Source: Dehalococcoidales bacterium (GTDB lineage: Bacteria; Chloroflexota; Dehalococcoidia; Dehalococcoidales; Fen-1064). Taken from it: a stretch of DNA of 64,000 nucleotides. A program made the position numbers and the translations under genes. A model generated the notes under the pieces. That model was not told where the DNA came from, did no database searches, and was given only the letters and a program-made list of their open reading frames with translations. The stretch lies in the NCBI GenBank assembly GCA_030654965.1, contig JAURWL010000222.1, positions 20,830 through 84,829 on the forward strand, written 5' to 3'. Every line of letters begins with the position of its first letter. Position 1 is the stretch's first letter. This document shows positions 44,623 to 54,034 of this stretch, piece by piece.

Positions 44623-45477
44623 CTAGTCACTTGCTGGCGGTTTACATACACCACAGGGTGAATATCCATTCAATTTGGCATCTGTGGCGGAGTTGAACCA
44701 CACTTCATTTTCGGGATTTATCTTCTTTGCCCAAGTACAGCTAGGAATGTGATACTTATCGCTACTCTTGCTACCCACATATTTCCTTGCCCATATTCCA
44801 CGTTGGCCAGTCTTGGCTTCGGACTGAAGAGAAAGGAACAATGCTTCATATTTAATATCAGGAGGATATGTTTTAACCACAGCATAGCCCAGTCTTACAA
44901 GCTCTGCATTAATAAATAAATCACCAATGTACACATACCGTAGAAGTCTTCCGAAGTCGTCAGTGTCCGAGGTGTCTTTCACAAGTTTAACAATCTTACT
45001 GCTTACCAGTTCATAATTCTTGTTTGTTGCTTCCTGACCAAGAGGTTTATTCGTTTCTGGCGTGTCGATTCCGATATAACGCACTTTATAAGATTTCCCG
45101 TTTATCTCTACCTCTATTGTGTCGCCGTCTATGATGCGGGTTACTTTGGCTTCAATTTCGTTAGATTGTGTAACAGTAACCTGTGGTAGAGGCGGTGTGG
45201 TTTCTGCCGGTGGTGGAGCCGGAGGTGTAGTAACCTGAGAAGGAGAGGGTGTTGTTGGGATTTTAGCAAGTGGTGGTGTAACTAGAGCCGGCGAGGATGG
45301 TGTTGTCTGTGACGGTATTATTTGTGTCTGCGGTGTACTTGCAGGAGTTGCTTTATATGTAATCTTAATTGATGATTCCGGTGGCGCGGTTGTCGGCGTG
45401 CATGATAGAGCTATAATTGCTACGAGTATTAGACTGAATATTAATTTACTCAATCTATTCCTACTCCTACTATTCAC
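44623..45477 (-). CDS. Secreted lipoprotein thermonuclease (SNase fold) with C-terminal Cys-rich metal-binding-like motif
   Basis: A signal peptide with the lipobox IALSC is followed by a Pro/Thr-rich linker. The SNase core is VTRIIDGDTIEV..VRYIGIDTPE..GRLLRYVY. The tail is YHIPSCTWAKKI..GYSPCGVCKPP. Confidence 0.8.
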   Translation of the reverse strand: MNSRSRNRLSKLIFSLILVAIIALSCTPTTAPPESSIKITYKATPASTPQTQIIPSQTTPSSPALVTPPLAKIPTTPSPSQVTTPPAPPPAETTPPLPQVTVTQSNEIEAKVTRIIDGDTIEVEINGKSYKVRYIGIDTPETNKPLGQEATNKNYELVSSKIVKLVKDTSDTDDFGRLLRYVYIGDLFINAELVRLGYAVVKTYPPDIKYEALFLSLQSEAKTGQRGIWARKYVGSKSSDKYHIPSCTWAKKINPENEVWFNSATDAKLNGYSPCGVCKPPASD

Positions 45478-46550
45478 AGTTTCTTCACCTCCCCCATCAG
45501 CACCCTTAAAATATCCTTTTCCGCAATCACGCCCACCTGCTTACCTTTTTTGAAGAGGATGGCTCTGCCTTTACCGCAGGCAACCCCAATATCCGCATCT
45601 TTCGCTTCGCCGGGACCGTTGACGGCACAGCCCATTACCGCCACCCGGATGGGTTTTTTCACCTTCGCCAGTTCTGCCTCTACCTGCTGGGCAAGTTTGA
45701 TGATGTCTACTTCGGCGCGGCCGCAGGTGGGACAGCTGACGAGCACAGGTCCGTGCTGTCGTAAATCGAGGCTCTTCAAAATCTCCCAGCCGGCGATGAC
45801 CTCTTCCCGCGGGTGAGCAGTCAGTGAGACGCGGATGGTATCGCCGATGCCGAGATATAAAAGTGTGCCGATACCGACACTTGAGCGGATGACGCCGGTG
45901 CGGGGTGTGCCCGCCTCGGTGATACCGATGTGAAGCGGGTAGGGGATTTTATCGGCAATCGCTTTGTAGGCGGCGATAGTGGTGGGCACGTCAAAGGCTT
46001 TCAATGATACCTTGATGAGGTCGAAGTCCAGGCTTTCCAGCAGTTCGACCTGTTCCATGGCGGCGGCGACCATGCGTTCGGGGATGGATTTCTTCACGCT
46101 GGTCTTAGGCAGACTGCCGGCATTGACACCGATACGGATGGGCACACTTCTTTCTTTCGCGGCAAGCACTACCTTCTTTATTTTCTCCGGCTCGCCGATA
46201 TTGCCGGGATTGAGCCGCAAGCCATCGGCGCCGGATTCCAGCGCGGCAAGTGCCAGGCGGTAATCGAAGTGGATATCAGCAATGAGTGGGATGGAGATTT
46301 GCTTCTTTATCCCTCTGATGGCGCGCGCCGACTCCATATCGGGCACAGCGACGCGGATGATTTCGCAATCGTATTCTTCCAGCTCTTTTATCTGGCGTAC
46401 GGTTGACATAATATCATGGGTGAAGGTGTTGGTCATCGACTGGACGACAATCGGCGCGCCGCCCCCGATTTTCACCCCACCGATTTGTATTTGCTTACTT
46501 TTCCGGCGTGGGGGTGTGTGCTTATTTCTGATTATCCTCATATCCATCAC
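45474..46550 (-). CDS. ispG: 4-hydroxy-3-methylbut-2-enyl diphosphate synthase
   Basis: IGGGAPIVVQSMTNT is present. The C-terminal Fe-S motifs are SCPTCGR and MGCAVNGPGE. Confidence 0.95.
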   Translation of the reverse strand: MMDMRIIRNKHTPPRRKSKQIQIGGVKIGGGAPIVVQSMTNTFTHDIMSTVRQIKELEEYDCEIIRVAVPDMESARAIRGIKKQISIPLIADIHFDYRLALAALESGADGLRLNPGNIGEPEKIKKVVLAAKERSVPIRIGVNAGSLPKTSVKKSIPERMVAAAMEQVELLESLDFDLIKVSLKAFDVPTTIAAYKAIADKIPYPLHIGITEAGTPRTGVIRSSVGIGTLLYLGIGDTIRVSLTAHPREEVIAGWEILKSLDLRQHGPVLVSCPTCGRAEVDIIKLAQQVEAELAKVKKPIRVAVMGCAVNGPGEAKDADIGVACGKGRAILFKKGKQVGVIAEKDILRVLMGEVKKL

Positions 46551-46581
46551 TTTTAAGTATGCTATGGACCGTCCCCTCCCC

Positions 46582-46665
46582 GGTATTCATTCGCGGAGTT
46601 TACCCTGAGCAATAACGAAGGGTTCACCCTGAATAAGAATTCACCCTGAAGGGCTCAGAATGACA
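46582..46665 (-). repeat. Dispersed intergenic element, family A (with internal family C motifs)
   Basis: The reverse complement reads tgtcattctgagcccttcagggtgaa...gggtaaactccgcgaatgaataccg. Both ends match 13160-13262. Confidence 0.7.
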
Positions 46666-46676
46666 TTTAAGGGGTA

Positions 46677-47903
46677 TTATATAACCTCCTTGTCCCTCAG
46701 CTTGCCTATTTCCTCCCAGCTATAGCCGCAGATTTCATTCAGAATTTCTTCCGTATTTTGACCGAGCTCCGGGGCTTCCGGCTTGATATTTGCCGGGGTA
46801 TGACTCATCTCAATCGGGCAATTACGCACCTTCACCTTGCCCAGTGTCTCATGCTCCAACTCCACAATGTAGTTATTAGCAAGAACTTGCGGGTCTTTGC
46901 GTAAATCCATGAGTGTCTGGATGGGTGTGCAGATGATATCTCCCGTGCCCTTGAGATGCTTCATCCATTCATCGGCGGTCTTCGTAATAAAGATTTCGTC
47001 CATAGTGGCGATGAGACTGGCGCAGTTCTCGCGGCGCACGTCCTGATTGAGATAGCGCGGGTCGTTTTCCAGGTGCTCCAGACCAAGCGCTTTACAGACT
47101 ACCGACCATTTTACGTCCGGTTGAAGCATACCCAGACAGAGCCATCGGCCGTCTTTGCATTTATAGTAGTTCCATAGCGGATTAGGGGTGTTCTTTCTGG
47201 TGACTTTAGGTGATACTGTTGCAGGCGCTTCGGGGCTGACCAGCAGACCCATGCCGATGTTCAACCCCTGCAAAGCCATCATACTTCCGAGGTGTGAGAC
47301 ATCTACTTTCTGCCCGATACCGAGTCGTTCCCGCGCCAGAAGCGCCGCCAGGATGCCGTAAGCGACCATAATAGCGCCTGCCTGGTCGGCGATACCGCCA
47401 TGGAAGGGCAGGTTGGGGTCGCCTTCGTAACTGAAGGCGCTGGAGATACCAGACCTGGCAAGCCCGACCATATCAAAGGCAGGCTCTCGGGCTTCTGGTC
47501 CCCTGGGACCGTATCCGGAAGCGGCGACATAGATAATCTTCGGATTGTGTTTAATGAGAGTCTCGTAGTCCATCTGGAGCTTTTCGGGCACACCCTGACG
47601 GAAGTTGTGGGCAAAGACATCCGCCTTTTTCACCAGATTATAAATGATTGCCTTGCCATCGGGTTTGGTGAGGTCGAGGGCAAGACTCTTCTTGCCACGG
47701 TTGTTGGTCTCAAAATAGGCGTTCTTACCGCCGGGGAGGTCCGGCATGTTAGCGACTCTGAGGTACCGGCCGTTATCGCCGGTGAGACGTGACTCTACGT
47801 GAATGACCTCGGCGCCCAGTTCCGCCATCATTGCGGTGGCGGCTGTGCCCATCTGCCACTGTGTCCAATCGATGATACGGATACCGTCAAGAACTCCAGC
47901 CAT
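46677..47903 (-). CDS. Family III CoA-transferase (CaiB/BaiF)
   Basis: Start taken at MAGVLDGIRIIDWTQ, with AGGGAGAG upstream. GAEVIHVE is present and the overall length is typical. Confidence 0.85.
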   Translation of the reverse strand: MAGVLDGIRIIDWTQWQMGTAATAMMAELGAEVIHVESRLTGDNGRYLRVANMPDLPGGKNAYFETNNRGKKSLALDLTKPDGKAIIYNLVKKADVFAHNFRQGVPEKLQMDYETLIKHNPKIIYVAASGYGPRGPEAREPAFDMVGLARSGISSAFSYEGDPNLPFHGGIADQAGAIMVAYGILAALLARERLGIGQKVDVSHLGSMMALQGLNIGMGLLVSPEAPATVSPKVTRKNTPNPLWNYYKCKDGRWLCLGMLQPDVKWSVVCKALGLEHLENDPRYLNQDVRRENCASLIATMDEIFITKTADEWMKHLKGTGDIICTPIQTLMDLRKDPQVLANNYIVELEHETLGKVKVRNCPIEMSHTPANIKPEAPELGQNTEEILNEICGYSWEEIGKLRDKEVI

Positions 47904-47937
47904 AATCACACTCTCCCTCGCCATGATATTGAACTTA

Positions 47938-47966
47938 AAATAGCACGTCTTTAGGAATGCGTCAAT
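47938..47966 (-). promoter_or_regulatory. Sigma70-type promoter (TTGACG-17-TATTTT)
   Basis: The minus strand reads TTGACGcattcctaaagacgtgcTATTTT, ending 13 nt upstream of ATG 47924. Confidence 0.45.
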
Positions 47967-48070
47967 TATGGATGGGTCTGCTTGCCCAAAATTCTAAAAA
48001 CCAATGAAAATATATCAAATTTGGTAGTTGATTATTGAAGATTGAGATTCTTACGTTACGGCGTTAAGTT

Positions 48071-49450
48071 TCACCCGCTGATAATGCGGGTGATATCACG
48101 GTAGGTTATCAGCAGAATCAGTGCGAGGAGTAAAGCCATACCGATACTGTGGACGAGTTGCTCTGTCTTCGGAGAGACGCGTTTGCCACGCCGTACCCAC
48201 TCCAGTAGCACGAAGACAATCCTGCCGCCGTCAAGAGCGGGGATGGGGAAAATATTAACGATTCCCAGGTTGATGCTGATAAGAGAGGTTAATATCAGCA
48301 GGTTGGAAATGCCGGTTCTGGCAACCTCACCGACCACCTGAGCAATACCCACAGGTCCTGTCACGTCGAAGGGAATGGTTCCTTTTATGCTCTGCACAAT
48401 GCCGTCTTTGAGAGAAACCAGGATATCCCAGTAAAGACTCACACCGCGTGTAATTGCCTGCCAGAAAGGGTAACTTTTCGTAATTACGGTGGTGATGGCA
48501 ACGCCGGTGGCGCCCTCACCTTCGGGTGATTGTGTACGTGGTGTCAGAACGACTTCTGCCGTCGTGGCATCACTATGTTTGATGGCAATCGTAATCTCTT
48601 TACCCAGATTCTCGCCAATCAGTCGCTCATAATCATCGACGTTCAAGATTTGCTCACCATTAACACTCAGGATAGTATCATTAACCTCGATTCCTGCCTC
48701 CAATGCCGGAGAGCTCGGGGCAATTTGCACGACAATTACCTCTCCATTATCTTTGAAAATGTCGCTGGCGACTGCCTGATGGGGGAAGATAAAAGCCAGC
48801 GAAAGCAGGAGAAAAGGCAGGAGCAGGTTCATCAGACTGCCGGCGCCCAGCGTTATCAATCTCACGGGGATGCTCTTGCCTGCGAGGGTGCCGGATTCTG
48901 GTTTTAGGTGATGTCCTGAGTGGTTTCGCGATGTAGCACTTACTTGTGTCGGAACTCCACTTGCTATGTCTTCATCATCTACATCAGTTGGTACAATATG
49001 ATAGTTTTTATCCCAAATAAATGGGTCTAGTGGATTAAAATATCTTCCAACCTTTTTCGGAGAAGTACCTTCCGTTCTTGAGGCAGGGAGCCATAGAATC
49101 GCACGACTATAGTATCCAAATTTGCTCTGTTTTCCTATTCTGTCAGTGGTTACTCGGATTTCCCTTTGTCCATCTATGTTCTCAGATTTTTTAAACTCTT
49201 TTTGTTCGCCTTTTTTGGTTAATTCATCGGGGTCTTCTTCCCCGGCCAACTTCACAAAACCGCCGAGGGGTAACGCATTTATGGAGTAGATGGTCTCCCC
49301 ACGTTTGAAACCGGCGATTCTCGGGGGCAGAAAGATGCCGAACTCTTCTACCTTGATTTTAAAAATCTTGGCGGAAATAAAATGTCCGAGCTCATGAACA
49401 AGAATGAGCACAAGTAAAATAATGATAAATGAGACAATGGTGGTCAGCAC
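48071..49450 (-). CDS. rseP: Site-2 protease RseP (M50) with a ~110-aa insertion
   Basis: HELGH is in TM1. LGGFVKLAGEE, a PDZ domain and PALDGGRIV are present. An unrecognised segment at about aa 75-185 lies between the beta-loop and TM2. Confidence 0.9.
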   Translation of the reverse strand: MLTTIVSFIIILLVLILVHELGHFISAKIFKIKVEEFGIFLPPRIAGFKRGETIYSINALPLGGFVKLAGEEDPDELTKKGEQKEFKKSENIDGQREIRVTTDRIGKQSKFGYYSRAILWLPASRTEGTSPKKVGRYFNPLDPFIWDKNYHIVPTDVDDEDIASGVPTQVSATSRNHSGHHLKPESGTLAGKSIPVRLITLGAGSLMNLLLPFLLLSLAFIFPHQAVASDIFKDNGEVIVVQIAPSSPALEAGIEVNDTILSVNGEQILNVDDYERLIGENLGKEITIAIKHSDATTAEVVLTPRTQSPEGEGATGVAITTVITKSYPFWQAITRGVSLYWDILVSLKDGIVQSIKGTIPFDVTGPVGIAQVVGEVARTGISNLLILTSLISINLGIVNIFPIPALDGGRIVFVLLEWVRRGKRVSPKTEQLVHSIGMALLLALILLITYRDITRIISG

Positions 49451-50604
49451 TATCTCTTCTTTCTCGCAAGCTCTAGGGTGTAGTCGCGAGCCCAGTCATC
49501 TACTGCCAGAATATCTTCAATACTGGGTTCCATCAGTGGCTCGTGTTGCTCCAGAGTCTCAGCAACGAGGCTCGCAATATCGGTGAAGGCTATCTTTCCC
49601 TTAAGGAACAGGTCAACTGCGACCTCATCGGCGGCACAGAGGACGGAGGGACAGGTGCCCCCGGCTTTCCCGGCATCGATTGCCAGCTTCAGGCACGGGA
49701 AATTTTCATAATCAGGCGGTTCAAAGGTGAGCTCCTTGAGTTTTTCCCAATCGATACGAGGGAGGTCTGGATTGGGTATGCGGTCCGGTTGGAGTAAAGC
49801 GTACTGGATAGGGAGACGCATATCCGGATATGCCATTTGTGCCTTCACTGAGCCGTCATAAAACTCAAGCATCGAGTGTATGATACTCTGTGGGTGAATA
49901 ACAACCCTGATATCCTCAATCGGAATGCCAAAGAGCCAGTGCGCTTCAATGACTTCCAAGCCCTTGTTCATCAAGGTTGCAGAATCGATAGTTACTTTTT
50001 TTCCCATCTGCCACGAGGGATGCTGGAGGGCTTGTTGTGGGGTGATTTTCTGCAATTGCTTTGCCGTGTAATTCCGGAAGGGACCGCCGGAAGCGGTCAG
50101 GATAATATATTTCGCGCGTCTCGGTTCACCAATCATGCATTGCCAGATGGCGCTATGTTCGCTATCGATAGGAAGAATGCTGGCATCACTCATTTCGGCT
50201 TCGTTGGTGATGATTTCGCCTGCCATTACCAGAGGTTCTTTATTGGCGATGGCGACATTTTTACCGGATTTCACGGCGGCTATGGTAGCAAACAATCCGG
50301 CTATACCCGAAGTGGCGACGACGACCGTGTCCACATTTGGATAGCTCGCCATTCCTTCCATCGGCATGAACTGAGCCGGGCACTCTAATTTCTTGGTTGT
50401 GGATTCTGTCTGATAATAGACTAACTGGGGCTGGAACTCCTCGACCTGTTTTGCCAGCAAGTCAAGATTCTGTCCCGCCGCCAGTGCCACCACTGTGAAC
50501 CGGTCGGGAAGACTGCGGACAATCTGAAGCGTCTGCCGGCCTATTGAGCCTGTAGAACCTAGAATAGCCAGTCGGATTTTTATTGGAGCGTACATACTAC
50601 CCAA
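49450..50604 (-). CDS. dxr: 1-deoxy-D-xylulose 5-phosphate reductoisomerase
   Basis: LAILGSTGSIGRQTL is present. The start may instead be at 50595. Confidence 0.95.
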   Translation of the reverse strand: MGSMYAPIKIRLAILGSTGSIGRQTLQIVRSLPDRFTVVALAAGQNLDLLAKQVEEFQPQLVYYQTESTTKKLECPAQFMPMEGMASYPNVDTVVVATSGIAGLFATIAAVKSGKNVAIANKEPLVMAGEIITNEAEMSDASILPIDSEHSAIWQCMIGEPRRAKYIILTASGGPFRNYTAKQLQKITPQQALQHPSWQMGKKVTIDSATLMNKGLEVIEAHWLFGIPIEDIRVVIHPQSIIHSMLEFYDGSVKAQMAYPDMRLPIQYALLQPDRIPNPDLPRIDWEKLKELTFEPPDYENFPCLKLAIDAGKAGGTCPSVLCAADEVAVDLFLKGKIAFTDIASLVAETLEQHEPLMEPSIEDILAVDDWARDYTLELARKKR

Positions 50605-51425
50605 TAATACACTACCACAACGGCGAACACGATGCTATCCATACGGTCCAGGATACCACCGTGACCCGGGAAAAGCGTGCCGGAATCTTTAGCTCCGACA
50701 TTTCGTTTGAATAGCGATTCCACGAGGTCGCCCACCTGCCCGAAAACGCTTACCAACAGTCCGAGTACTACTGCCTGCCACCAGTTAAGTTGGGAGGTGA
50801 GAGTGATAGGCGTGGGGAGAAGGAAGAGAAAACTCACGCCGACCGCACCCAGCAAACCGCCGATAGCGCCTTCCCATGTCTTGCTTGGGCTGATGGAGGG
50901 CGCGAGTTTGTGTTTGCCAATTGCCCTGCCGATGAAGAAGGCGGCGGTATCTGAGCCGAAGGTGCAGAAGAGGGCGTAGAAGACCCAGTTGCGCCCGTCC
51001 TCGATGCCGCGTAAAGCCACGATGTAGCCTAACAGCCAGCCTACGTAGAGAATACCGGCAAACGTCCATGCCCAGGCGGGAAAGGCATTGAACTTCTCCT
51101 TTCGTGTCAGTAGAGCGGTTAGAGAGATAATGATTCCGGCGCTGAAGAGAATTGGCACCACCAGATTGAAATCAAAATACGGCTCTATCAGGTCGGGCAA
51201 GAGAGGGTTACGTATGACGATAAAGAAAAGCGTCCAGAGGATGCCGAATATGTAAATCGGTGATACTTTTAGTCTGCTGACCAGTCGATAGAACTCAAGG
51301 ATTGCCAGTAAACCCACGATAGCCACGAAGGTAGTGAACAGCCATGGTTCACCAAACCAGATAATGGTTGTGAGGAGAGGAAGGCTCCAGAGCGTTGTAA
51401 AAATCCGTTTTTTCAGCATCCGCAT
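50580..51425 (-). CDS. cdsA: Phosphatidate cytidylyltransferase
   Basis: SLFKRNVGAKDSGTLFPGHGGILDRMDS is the CDS signature. Confidence 0.9.
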   Translation of the reverse strand: MRMLKKRIFTTLWSLPLLTTIIWFGEPWLFTTFVAIVGLLAILEFYRLVSRLKVSPIYIFGILWTLFFIVIRNPLLPDLIEPYFDFNLVVPILFSAGIIISLTALLTRKEKFNAFPAWAWTFAGILYVGWLLGYIVALRGIEDGRNWVFYALFCTFGSDTAAFFIGRAIGKHKLAPSISPSKTWEGAIGGLLGAVGVSFLFLLPTPITLTSQLNWWQAVVLGLLVSVFGQVGDLVESLFKRNVGAKDSGTLFPGHGGILDRMDSIVFAVVVVYYWVVCTLQ

Positions 51426-51428
51426 TAC

Positions 51429-52148
51429 TTATACTCCGCCGAAACGACGGTTTCTCCTGCTGTAGGCGGTGAGCGCCAGGTCAATGTCTTTCTTGCCAAA
51501 ATCGGGCCAGAGGACTTTCGTGAAATAGTATTCGCTGTAAGCTGTCTGCCAGATAAGAAAGTTACTGAGGCGGGTTTCATCCCCGGTACGGATGAGTAAA
51601 TCGACATCCGGCATACCGGTGGTGTAAAGGTAGCTGGCGAATGTCTTTTCATCCAGATTTTCCGGTTTGATGCCGCTGGCGATGAGTTGCTTAGCGGCAG
51701 ATATAATCTCGGCGCGCCCGCCATAGTTCCAGCAAATAGATAGCTTCATACCGGTATTGTTCTCCGTAAGGGCAACTGATTTATTGATGGCTGACTGCAA
51801 GACTTCCGGAAGACCCTGCAATCTGCCGATGTGCCGAATTTTAATATTCTTTTCGTGGATTTCTTCGAGGTGCTCTGCAACAAAGTTTTCTACCAGACCA
51901 AAGAGTCCGCTTACTTCCGTTTCCGGCCGGGTCCAGTTTTCCGTGGAGAAACCGTAGAAGGTCACGTATGGGATAGGGTACTCGTTGATGTAACTAATCA
52001 TTTTGAGCATGTTCAGGATGCCCGCCCGGTGTCCCATCATACGGGGTAACCCACGTCGCTCTGCCCAGCGTCCGTTACCATCGGGTACCACAGCAACATG
52101 GGTGGGCAGGGTATTGAACTTCTGCGTGGCGGATTTCATCGTATCCAA
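51429..52148 (-). CDS. uppS: Undecaprenyl diphosphate synthase
   Basis: HVAVVPDGNGRWA and RLSNFLIWQ are present. Confidence 0.95.
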   Translation of the reverse strand: MDTMKSATQKFNTLPTHVAVVPDGNGRWAERRGLPRMMGHRAGILNMLKMISYINEYPIPYVTFYGFSTENWTRPETEVSGLFGLVENFVAEHLEEIHEKNIKIRHIGRLQGLPEVLQSAINKSVALTENNTGMKLSICWNYGGRAEIISAAKQLIASGIKPENLDEKTFASYLYTTGMPDVDLLIRTGDETRLSNFLIWQTAYSEYYFTKVLWPDFGKKDIDLALTAYSRRNRRFGGV

Positions 52149-52165
52149 GAAATAGTCCGGAGGTG

Positions 52166-52726
52166 CTAGTCCTCCATGACCTCTTTTTCCTTGTCCTTAC
52201 CGGCTTGTTCAATTCGGACAGTAAAGGCATCGGTCAGTTTCTGTAGCTGGTTCTGGAGATGTTTGAGCTCGTCCTGTGATATGTCCTTGTCCTTTTCTTG
52301 AGTTTTCAAATCCTCCAGAGCATCACGCCGGACATTGCGGATGGCGATTTTGCCTTCTTCGATGCGGCGTCTCACTACCTTTAGCAGTTCCTGACGGCGC
52401 TCTTCGCTGAGTGGTGGAATATTAATGCGAATCATGCGTCCATCATTTATCGGTGTCAGTCCGAGGTCGGATTTCAGTATGGCTTTCTCAATAATGTTCA
52501 TGCTCGATTTGTCCCAGGGCTGGACGACGAGCATATTGGCATTCGGCGTGGTGATACTGGCAAGCTGGTTGAGCGGCAGGACGGAGCCGGCATAGTCCAC
52601 CTTCATATGTTCAATGAGGGCTGGTGATGCCCGCCCGGTGCGGATGGTGACAAGCTCCCGCTGAACTACCTCCAGCGATTTTCGCATTTTCTGGTCGGCG
52701 CCGGTCAACGATTGGTTATCTGCCAT
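52166..52726 (-). CDS. frr: Ribosome recycling factor
   Basis: 186 aa. TIRTGRASPALIEHMKVDYAG is present. Confidence 0.95.
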   Translation of the reverse strand: MADNQSLTGADQKMRKSLEVVQRELVTIRTGRASPALIEHMKVDYAGSVLPLNQLASITTPNANMLVVQPWDKSSMNIIEKAILKSDLGLTPINDGRMIRINIPPLSEERRQELLKVVRRRIEEGKIAIRNVRRDALEDLKTQEKDKDISQDELKHLQNQLQKLTDAFTVRIEQAGKDKEKEVMED

Positions 52727-52731
52727 GCTTT

Positions 52732-53454
52732 CTAACCCCCGGTTACAATAGTACCGATGGATTCACCCATTACAGTGCGCTCAATGCTCCGCTTCGCCAT
52801 GAAGTTGAAGACAACGATGGGGAGTTTATTCTCAAGACAGAGCGAAAGTGCTGTGGAGTCCATGACTTCCAGGCGCAGGTTAATTGCCTGGAGATAGGTC
52901 AGTTTATCAAACCGCTTGGCTTTAGGGTCTTTCTTCGGGTCGGCACTGTAGATGCCGTCAACATTGTTCTTGGCGATGAGGAGCACTTCGGCACCGATTT
53001 CAATGGCACGCAGAGCGGCGGCGGTATCCGTGGTCATATAGGGATTACCGGTACCAGCGGCAAAGATGACGACTCTGCCTTTTTCCAGATGGCGGATGGC
53101 TCGACGTTGGATATACGGCTCGGCAACTTTCTGAACATCGATAGCGGTTTGGGTACGGGTAACTACACCAATCTTTTCCAGCGCGTCCTGAAGAACAAGG
53201 GCATTGATTATGGTAGCGAGCATCCCGGCATAGTCGGCGGTAACCCTGTCCATGCCCATTTTTTCGGCTTCGACGCCTCGCAGGATATTTCCACTGCCGA
53301 CAACAATAGCCACCTCAACCCCCATCTCATGGATACGTTTAATCTGGCGGGAAATCTGGCGGGCGATTTTGGGGTCAATGCTATATCGGGACTTGCCCTT
53401 GAAGGCTTCTCCGCTGAGCTTAAGAAGAATGCGCTTGTATTTGGGTATTGTCAT
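52732..53454 (-). CDS. pyrH: UMP kinase
   Basis: [13 protein letters not shown] and [10 protein letters not shown] are present. Confidence 0.95.
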   Translation of the reverse strand: MTIPKYKRILLKLSGEAFKGKSRYSIDPKIARQISRQIKRIHEMGVEVAIVVGSGNILRGVEAEKMGMDRVTADYAGMLATIINALVLQDALEKIGVVTRTQTAIDVQKVAEPYIQRRAIRHLEKGRVVIFAAGTGNPYMTTDTAAALRAIEIGAEVLLIAKNNVDGIYSADPKKDPKAKRFDKLTYLQAINLRLEVMDSTALSLCLENKLPIVVFNFMAKRSIERTVMGESIGTIVTGG

Positions 53455-53503
53455 CGGGAGCCACCTTCACACGGTATGCTTTTCTGTTACCGGGCAGAGG
53501 AAG

Positions 53504-54031
53504 CTAAACTCCAGCGACTCTGGCTTCCGCCTGTCCCAGTTCGAACCTGGCAAAACGATTTATCTTGATGTTTTCACCGGTTTTGGCAATAGCCTGGTTT
53601 ATCAGGTCTTGAATGGTCATTTCCGGAGACTTGATGAATGGCTGAAGCAAGAGGCAGGCGACTTCGGGTGGGACATCACTATCTGCCGGCATTTTGTCTT
53701 GGGAGATACAGAGTGGTTCCTGTGCCGCTATCTGCATGGCAATGTTATGCGCGAGCTCTTTGAAAACATCGGTGCGGGCAACGAAGTCTGACTCGCAGTT
53801 AAGCTCAATCATAGCGCCGATACGACCGCCGGTGTGAATATAGGTCTCGACAAAGCCTTGCTTGACAACACGCTCACTTTTCTTCTGCGCCTTAAAAAGG
53901 GATTGTTTTTTCAGAAACTCGATGGCTTTCGCGATGTCACCACCAGTTTCGATGAGGGCATGCCGGCAATCCATTACACCAGCCTGTGATTTATCTCTTA
54001 ATTCTTTTATTTGTGCAGTAGTAACTTCCAT
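53504..54031 (-). CDS. tsf: Elongation factor Ts (short form)
   Basis: The UBA-like N-terminus TAQIKELRDKSQAGVMDCRHAL is present. The protein is only 175 aa. Confidence 0.9.
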   Translation of the reverse strand: MEVTTAQIKELRDKSQAGVMDCRHALIETGGDIAKAIEFLKKQSLFKAQKKSERVVKQGFVETYIHTGGRIGAMIELNCESDFVARTDVFKELAHNIAMQIAAQEPLCISQDKMPADSDVPPEVACLLLQPFIKSPEMTIQDLINQAIAKTGENIKINRFARFELGQAEARVAGV

Positions 54032-54034
54032 TCC

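Noticed and set aside
48896-49228. The RseP insertion considered as an intein.
   Set aside because: There is no Cys/Ser/Thr at the N-terminal junction, no His-Asn plus nucleophile at the C-terminal junction, and no recognisable Hint or endonuclease blocks.
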